52,299 nucleotides of DNA, taken from assembly GCA_003427395.1 (NCBI GenBank), contig BFEA01000015.1, forward strand, positions 2,465,029-2,517,327, read 5' to 3'. The translations under genes and the position numbers were made by a program. Source of the DNA: Chara braunii. Lineage: Eukaryota; Plantae; Charophyceae. The notes beneath the pieces are model-generated. The model saw nothing but the letters and a program-made list of their open reading frames with translations, did not search any database and had not been told where the DNA came from. Positions 47,416-52,299 of this stretch are shown here, one piece after another. The number at the start of each line of letters is the position of its first letter. The stretch's first letter is position 1.

Positions 47416-48061
47416 TTCAGGTGAGTGGGTAGCTCACACTTGAGACAAGGGTGTAGTTAGCTCACGCTTGAGAATGAAGGGGGTTTATTTTGTTGTTCCC
47501 CTTCTAAAAGTGCTAGTTAGGGGGCAGGGTCCTTACCATACATTGTATTTTTTCATAGTTGGAGTTGTGTGGTTCTGTTTTTGTGATTGTTGTATGATAA
47601 ATTTGATAATAGCATTGTCCACAGCTGACAGCGTGGGAGAGTTCAACGCACGAATCAGATGCACGAGCGGCAGGAGGGTGGTGAAGACTATTCAATGTCG
47701 GACAAAAACAAAACAAAGTTTAACAAACAAAAAACATACGGCCGAGGGGTACAAAGCTGATTACACCTGCTGTTTGGAATGAAGTTCCGTCCATGTTTGG
47801 AATGAAATTTCGTCCATTCGGTCAAGAATAGTGCGCCGTGGAGGTGTGTAGCTGATCAAACTGTTAGTTTCTTTCTTTCTTTTTCTTTCTTTCTTTCTCT
47901 TTTTAATTCCAGATCATAGTAGAAGCTGGATGCTAGGCCTCGGGAGGTGGCCGCCGTTGTACTCAAGGGGAGATCAGATGGCCTGTGACAGCCCCCCAAG
48001 TTCAAGCATGGGTTTGTTGCCAGGTTGTTGGGCCTAAGTCCTGACTGTCGGACTGTCGGGG

Positions 48062-48116
<55 letters not shown>

Positions 48117-48865
48117 ATGGAAAAGTTAGGAAAACAATAAAGTTTGTCATTTTTTAGCACGGGAGTTTGTTTGTGCGTAGGAGTGTGCTGATCGCTGAGA
48201 AGACACCCTCGCGCTTTGAAGTACTACGACAACAAGGGCAAGGGCACAACAATAGGCACAAGGGCAAACCAGCAAGTACAAGGGCAAGGACATGGGGAAG
48301 GGCGAACCAGCAAAGAATTCTTTAGTTGCCATACACTTCCATACATTCCGTGTAATTAACACCTACCCGTTTCTTTCAGAATCTTCTAGTCATCACCTTC
48401 TTGCCGCCCCCCCCCGGCTCCCTCTACGCCTCCCTAATCAACGCCTCCCCCGTTCCTTCACGCACAGGCACAAGTGAGAGCTGCAAAAACGTCCGTACGA
48501 AAGGGCAAAAAGACAGTTAAAAAAAAAAAAAAAAGACAGTAAAAATATTCTCTTGCTGGTCAGACCTGTTTCTTCCAGAAGCTTCTGATCGTCACCTTCG
48601 CCCCCGCTCCCCCTCCCTCTTCTCCCATCACCACCTCCTCCCTCTTCTCCCATCAACTCCTCTCCCTTTCAACTTGCTGCGTGCTGCGTCTCACCCTTCT
48701 CCTGCCAATTTAGAATGCAACATCATCGATCAACGACCAACAATCTAGTACTGTCTTCGCCCGAATAGAATGCAGGTTCTTCAAAAAAAAAAAGAAAAGA
48801 AAAAAAAAAAGGAAAAGGAAAGAATGCCCCAGTCATTCTAGCCGCACCGTATTTAGGGGAACTTC

Positions 48866-48987
48866 GGGCATCGCCACACCACTCTCGAAATATGCAGAAT
48901 GAGAATGAACTTCCTGCTAGAACATGGCCAGATGCACCCGCCGATTTTTTGTCTTTTCCACATTTGGAGAGTGGTGTGGCGAGGCCC
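48866..48987. mobile_element. MITE (GGGCCTCGC TIR family)
   Basis: GGGCATCGCCACACCACTCTC...GAGAGTGGTGTGGCGAGGCCC; interior matches 15832-15953. Confidence 0.8.
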
Positions 48988-49137
48988 TTAGTCTAGGTGC
49001 AGCGATAATCACTGGGCGAGCCACCACGCCAAGGAACGAGATTTTCCGACAGGGAAAGAGCAAGGAGCATACTCTACACTTTCCCAAAAAAAAAAAAAAC
49101 TTTACACTTTGTTACTTATCCATACACACAAACAAAG

Positions 49138-49184
<47 letters not shown>

Positions 49185-49663
49185 CCGACTCCAACGTCAA
49201 ACAACGGAAGGAAAAAATAAGAAAAAGACAGGCAGACTATATCCCCCCCCTGGGCCCCTACCCTCTTTTTAATGACAAATGGTGCCGCCGCTGCAAGGCA
49301 AGCAAAAGCCGAAAAATTTTGCCACCAAGCAGCTCCCTACGCTTCCCTTCTCCAACTGTCTTTTTTCGTTAATAAAACGCCAAAGGTAGCAAACGAAAAA
49401 TCACCCATGAAGAGTAAAAAATCGATGGTCCGTCTCTTTAGTCCTTCCTTACCCTGGGCCATCTGCAAGAACACCACGGGTGAGATTAAGTTTTAACCTT
49501 TCACTCCTCCCCCTCTTCCCTCCCCCTCCTCCTCCCCCACTCTTCTTTCGGTCCTCCAATTGCTCTTTTTCTCTCAAAGAACGGCAAAGTGAACAACTAA
49601 GACGGCGCCAACGCAGAACAGAATAATCGAAAGCCGACCTCCCTAATTCTTCCTTAGTATCCC

Positions 49664-50076
49664 TACTCTGCGCGATCTGCAACATCAAGCAGTCTGAACT
49701 TCATTTCCCCCCTTTTCTGCTCATCCCCACCTTCCTCCTCCACCGCCTCTCCTCCTCCCATTTCCTCCTCCTCCCCCCGTTCTCCCATTACATTTTTCAA
49801 CTCAAAGCAGAGTAGAGGGAACGACCAGGTCATCGCCAACCGACAGTAGACTCGAACACCAACCTCATACTCTGCGCGATCTGCAACATCCCCACAGTCT
49901 GAACTTCATTTTTCCCCTTTTCTCCTCAACCCCACCTTCCTCCTCCCTCCCCTCTCCTCCTCCCATTTCCCCATTTCCTCCACCTCCCCTTCTCCCATTG
50001 CATTTTTCCACTCAAAGCACGATAGAGGGAACAACCAGGTCATCACCAACCGACAGTAGACTCGAACACCAACCTC
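49664..50076. repeat. ~205-bp tandem duplication downstream of the taxilin stop codon
   Basis: TACTCTGCGCGATCTGCAACATC...CAGTAGACTCGAACACCAACCTC occurs twice. Confidence 0.9.
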
Positions 50077-50093
50077 CCCGGTCCTTAACGTCC

Positions 50094-51899
50094 TTAACCT
50101 GGGCCCTCTGCAAGGACCACAGCTGCACTTTCTTTTGTCGCTTTCTCCTCCTCCTCCTGCTCCTCCTTCCCCTTCTTCTCCTCTTCCTTCTCCTCCTCTT
50201 CTTTCCCCTTCTCCTCCTGCTGCTGCTGCTGTTGCTGCTGTTGAGCAGCAGCAGCAGCAGCAGCAGCATTGGCAGCAGCTAGGGCGATCTTCAGTTCCGC
50301 CTGCAATGACCTGCATAAACTTTCAAGCCTCTCTTTCTGTGCTCTAAGCGTATCCATCTGCTTCGTCTGCGTCGCTCTTTCCTCAAGCAGCTGAATGATC
50401 GTTACATCGCTTTTGCCACACTTGGCCTTGAGCGCGCTGTTCTCCTTCTCCAGCTTCCGGATCGTCTTCGACATCTTATCCATTTCCAACTTGAACGTCG
50501 CAAACACCTCGTTACTCTTCGTCAGAGTCTCTTGGAACTGCTCAAACTTCCCTCCGTAGGTTGACAGCTGGCCTCTGAGTTCCGCTTCCGACTTCAGCAT
50601 GCTTGTGATCTGCTCCTTGAGCAGCTTCACCTTCTCCTCCTCCTGCTTCGTGGTTTCGTTCTGCTGGGTAAGCTTGGCGTGCAGCAGTTGCAATTCCAAC
50701 GCCTTGGTCTTCAGCTGATGTTGGAAGTGCTCCTCTCGTATCTCGTACTTCTGCGTGAACTGGGTCAGTTTTTCCCTAAGGGCCTCGTTCTCCCTGATTT
50801 GTCGGATGCGCTCTTCGCCTTGCTCCTCCAGCTTCACCGTGATCTCCTGGATGGTACTCTGAAATCGGCCCGCGAGTTCTTCTCGCCGCTGCTGCTCCTC
50901 CGTTGCCACCCTCCTGCTGTCTTCCATCACTAGCTTGTTTTGTCTCTGCAGCTCTCTGCACAGCGACTCCAGCTTCTGCTTCACCGCCTGGCCCTTCGTC
51001 GCCTCTGCGCTCAGCGTGTCCTTCTCCTTCCTCAGCAAATCGCACTTGCGCCGCAGTAACGCCATCTCTCTGTCTAATTGCTTCGTCTCATTCACCTGTT
51101 CAACGTACTTGGCGCGCAGCACTTTCAGCTTTTCCTCGGCGGAACTCTCCGTGGACTCCATCAATGCCTTGAGATCTCGGCCTTGCCGCCTCAGCGCCTT
51201 GCTCCTCTGTCTGCTCACCTCATCCACCTCCCCCCCCCCGGCTGCTCCTCCCCTGCTTTTCTCACTTAACAAGGTTTCCAGCTGTGCAATTTTCGATTCC
51301 AGCACATCATGCAGCCGGGACGAGATGACGTGTTCATCCTTCCCCGTGCCACGTGCCATCGTCGAGGAGGAGCGCTCTCCTTCTCCCCCTCCTCTACCTG
51401 CGCCCGCGCGCGCACCTTCATCCTGCCCAGTCGTCACAGCAGTGGAATCTTCTTCCTCCTCTTCTTGTGCTGGTGATTGATCGTCCATCGTCGGTGCTGC
51501 GCGGCCCGCATGAGCCGCCGCCACATGGCATGCTGGCTTTGTCCGCCGCCCATCTTCTTGCTCTCTCGCCTGCGCCTCACTCCCCTCCTCCTCCTCCTCC
51601 TCCTCCTCCTCCCCCTCTACCCCATCCCTTTCCCTACCAATCTCTGAGTCCACCCCTCCATTTCCGCCTCCTGTGCGCCGCTCCCCATCCACCAAATTGT
51701 CCATAGCCGTCAGACAACTCGCTGAGTCCTCTCCGCTCGACGATTCTGCCATCAACGCTGCCGACTGACTGCTGATCCGCGCTGCCAGGTCAGAGCCAGG
51801 CTTGTCCGACAGCTGGCCACGTGGCGTTACATCCTCCTTTCCCGCCCTTTTCGGCGGCGTCAAGGCTGAGGCCCCCTCGTTTGCTCCTGCATCCTCCAT
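50094..51899 (-). CDS. Taxilin-family coiled-coil protein, 601 aa, single exon
   Basis: KLESLCRELQRQNK, RENEALREKL..F..KYEIREEHF, ELRGQLSTYGGKFEQFQETLTKSNEVFATFKLEMDKMSKTIRKLEKEN and KERLESLCRSLQAE are taxilin signatures. First ATG at 51899 (ORF track uses GTG 51965). Confidence 0.92.
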   Translation of the reverse strand: MEDAGANEGASALTPPKRAGKEDVTPRGQLSDKPGSDLAARISSQSAALMAESSSGEDSASCLTAMDNLVDGERRTGGGNGGVDSEIGRERDGVEGEEEEEEEEEGSEAQAREQEDGRRTKPACHVAAAHAGRAAPTMDDQSPAQEEEEEDSTAVTTGQDEGARAGAGRGGGEGERSSSTMARGTGKDEHVISSRLHDVLESKIAQLETLLSEKSRGGAAGGGEVDEVSRQRSKALRRQGRDLKALMESTESSAEEKLKVLRAKYVEQVNETKQLDREMALLRRKCDLLRKEKDTLSAEATKGQAVKQKLESLCRELQRQNKLVMEDSRRVATEEQQRREELAGRFQSTIQEITVKLEEQGEERIRQIRENEALREKLTQFTQKYEIREEHFQHQLKTKALELQLLHAKLTQQNETTKQEEEKVKLLKEQITSMLKSEAELRGQLSTYGGKFEQFQETLTKSNEVFATFKLEMDKMSKTIRKLEKENSALKAKCGKSDVTIIQLLEERATQTKQMDTLRAQKERLESLCRSLQAELKIALAAANAAAAAAAAQQQQQQQQQEEKGKEEEEKEEEKKGKEEQEEEEKATKESAAVVLAEGPG

Positions 51900-52245
51900 C
51901 ACCCTGTCGATCACAGGAAAAAAGGAGATCAACCCCTCCCTCCCTCCTCCAATCAACCAATTCACTGACGAGCTGATAAGCAGGTTGATCGACTGCTGGA
52001 GTACTTCAGATCCAGCTAGTTAATAAATTAATTAATGGGCCACGCTGGTGGTAGAGGAGAGATGAGAAAGCTAATCAGCATCCAATCTGCTTCTTCGCAG
52101 TTGCTATTCGCCAGTGGGAGTTGTCGCAAGTGGTGTTGTCATGTGAGTCGTAACGGTGGGCGTGCATCTTGGAGCATTTCCTGAAGGGCAAAAGTCAGAG
52201 AAGAAACCAAGCAAAACGCGTCAGAATCACTTCGTGGACAATATG

Positions 52246-52299
<54 letters not shown>

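Noticed and set aside
48147-48332. Hydrophobic, Cys-containing short ORF on the minus strand
   Set aside because: Built largely from a degenerate CAAGGG repeat, with no family or splice support visible.

Overview
Repeat-rich eukaryotic nuclear scaffold with N-gaps and many (GA)n/(CA)n microsatellites. Gene and repeat content suggest a streptophyte green alga such as Chara (inference, not established). It holds three intact, apparently intronless genes: an AIPP1/EDM3-like RRM protein (6683-7402, -), a KIF-binding protein (KBP) homologue (39688-42258, +) and a taxilin (50094-51899, -). The rest is layered mobile DNA: LTR-like pieces, a decayed L1/Tx1-type LINE with an in-frame mitochondrial nad4L fragment in its endonuclease, a second LINE 3' fragment, two Penelope-like RT remnants, a PIF/Harbinger-like remnant, many 3-bp-TSD MITEs (one nested in its own family) and a TTAA-flanked family with ACCACCAGTAC termini. 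The strongest unexpected signals are (1) a type III hammerhead ribozyme core inside a 266-bp TG...CA, LTR-like unit in a (CA)n tract (retrozyme-like) and (2) a ~120-bp tandem array fusing a tRNA-Ser(GCU)-like 5' half to a tRNA-Asp(GUC)-like 3' half of apparent mitochondrial type, giving A box + B box + oligo-T units. Two Nextera mate-pair junction adapters are assembly artefacts. Family assignments come from motifs recognised by eye; no searches were run.
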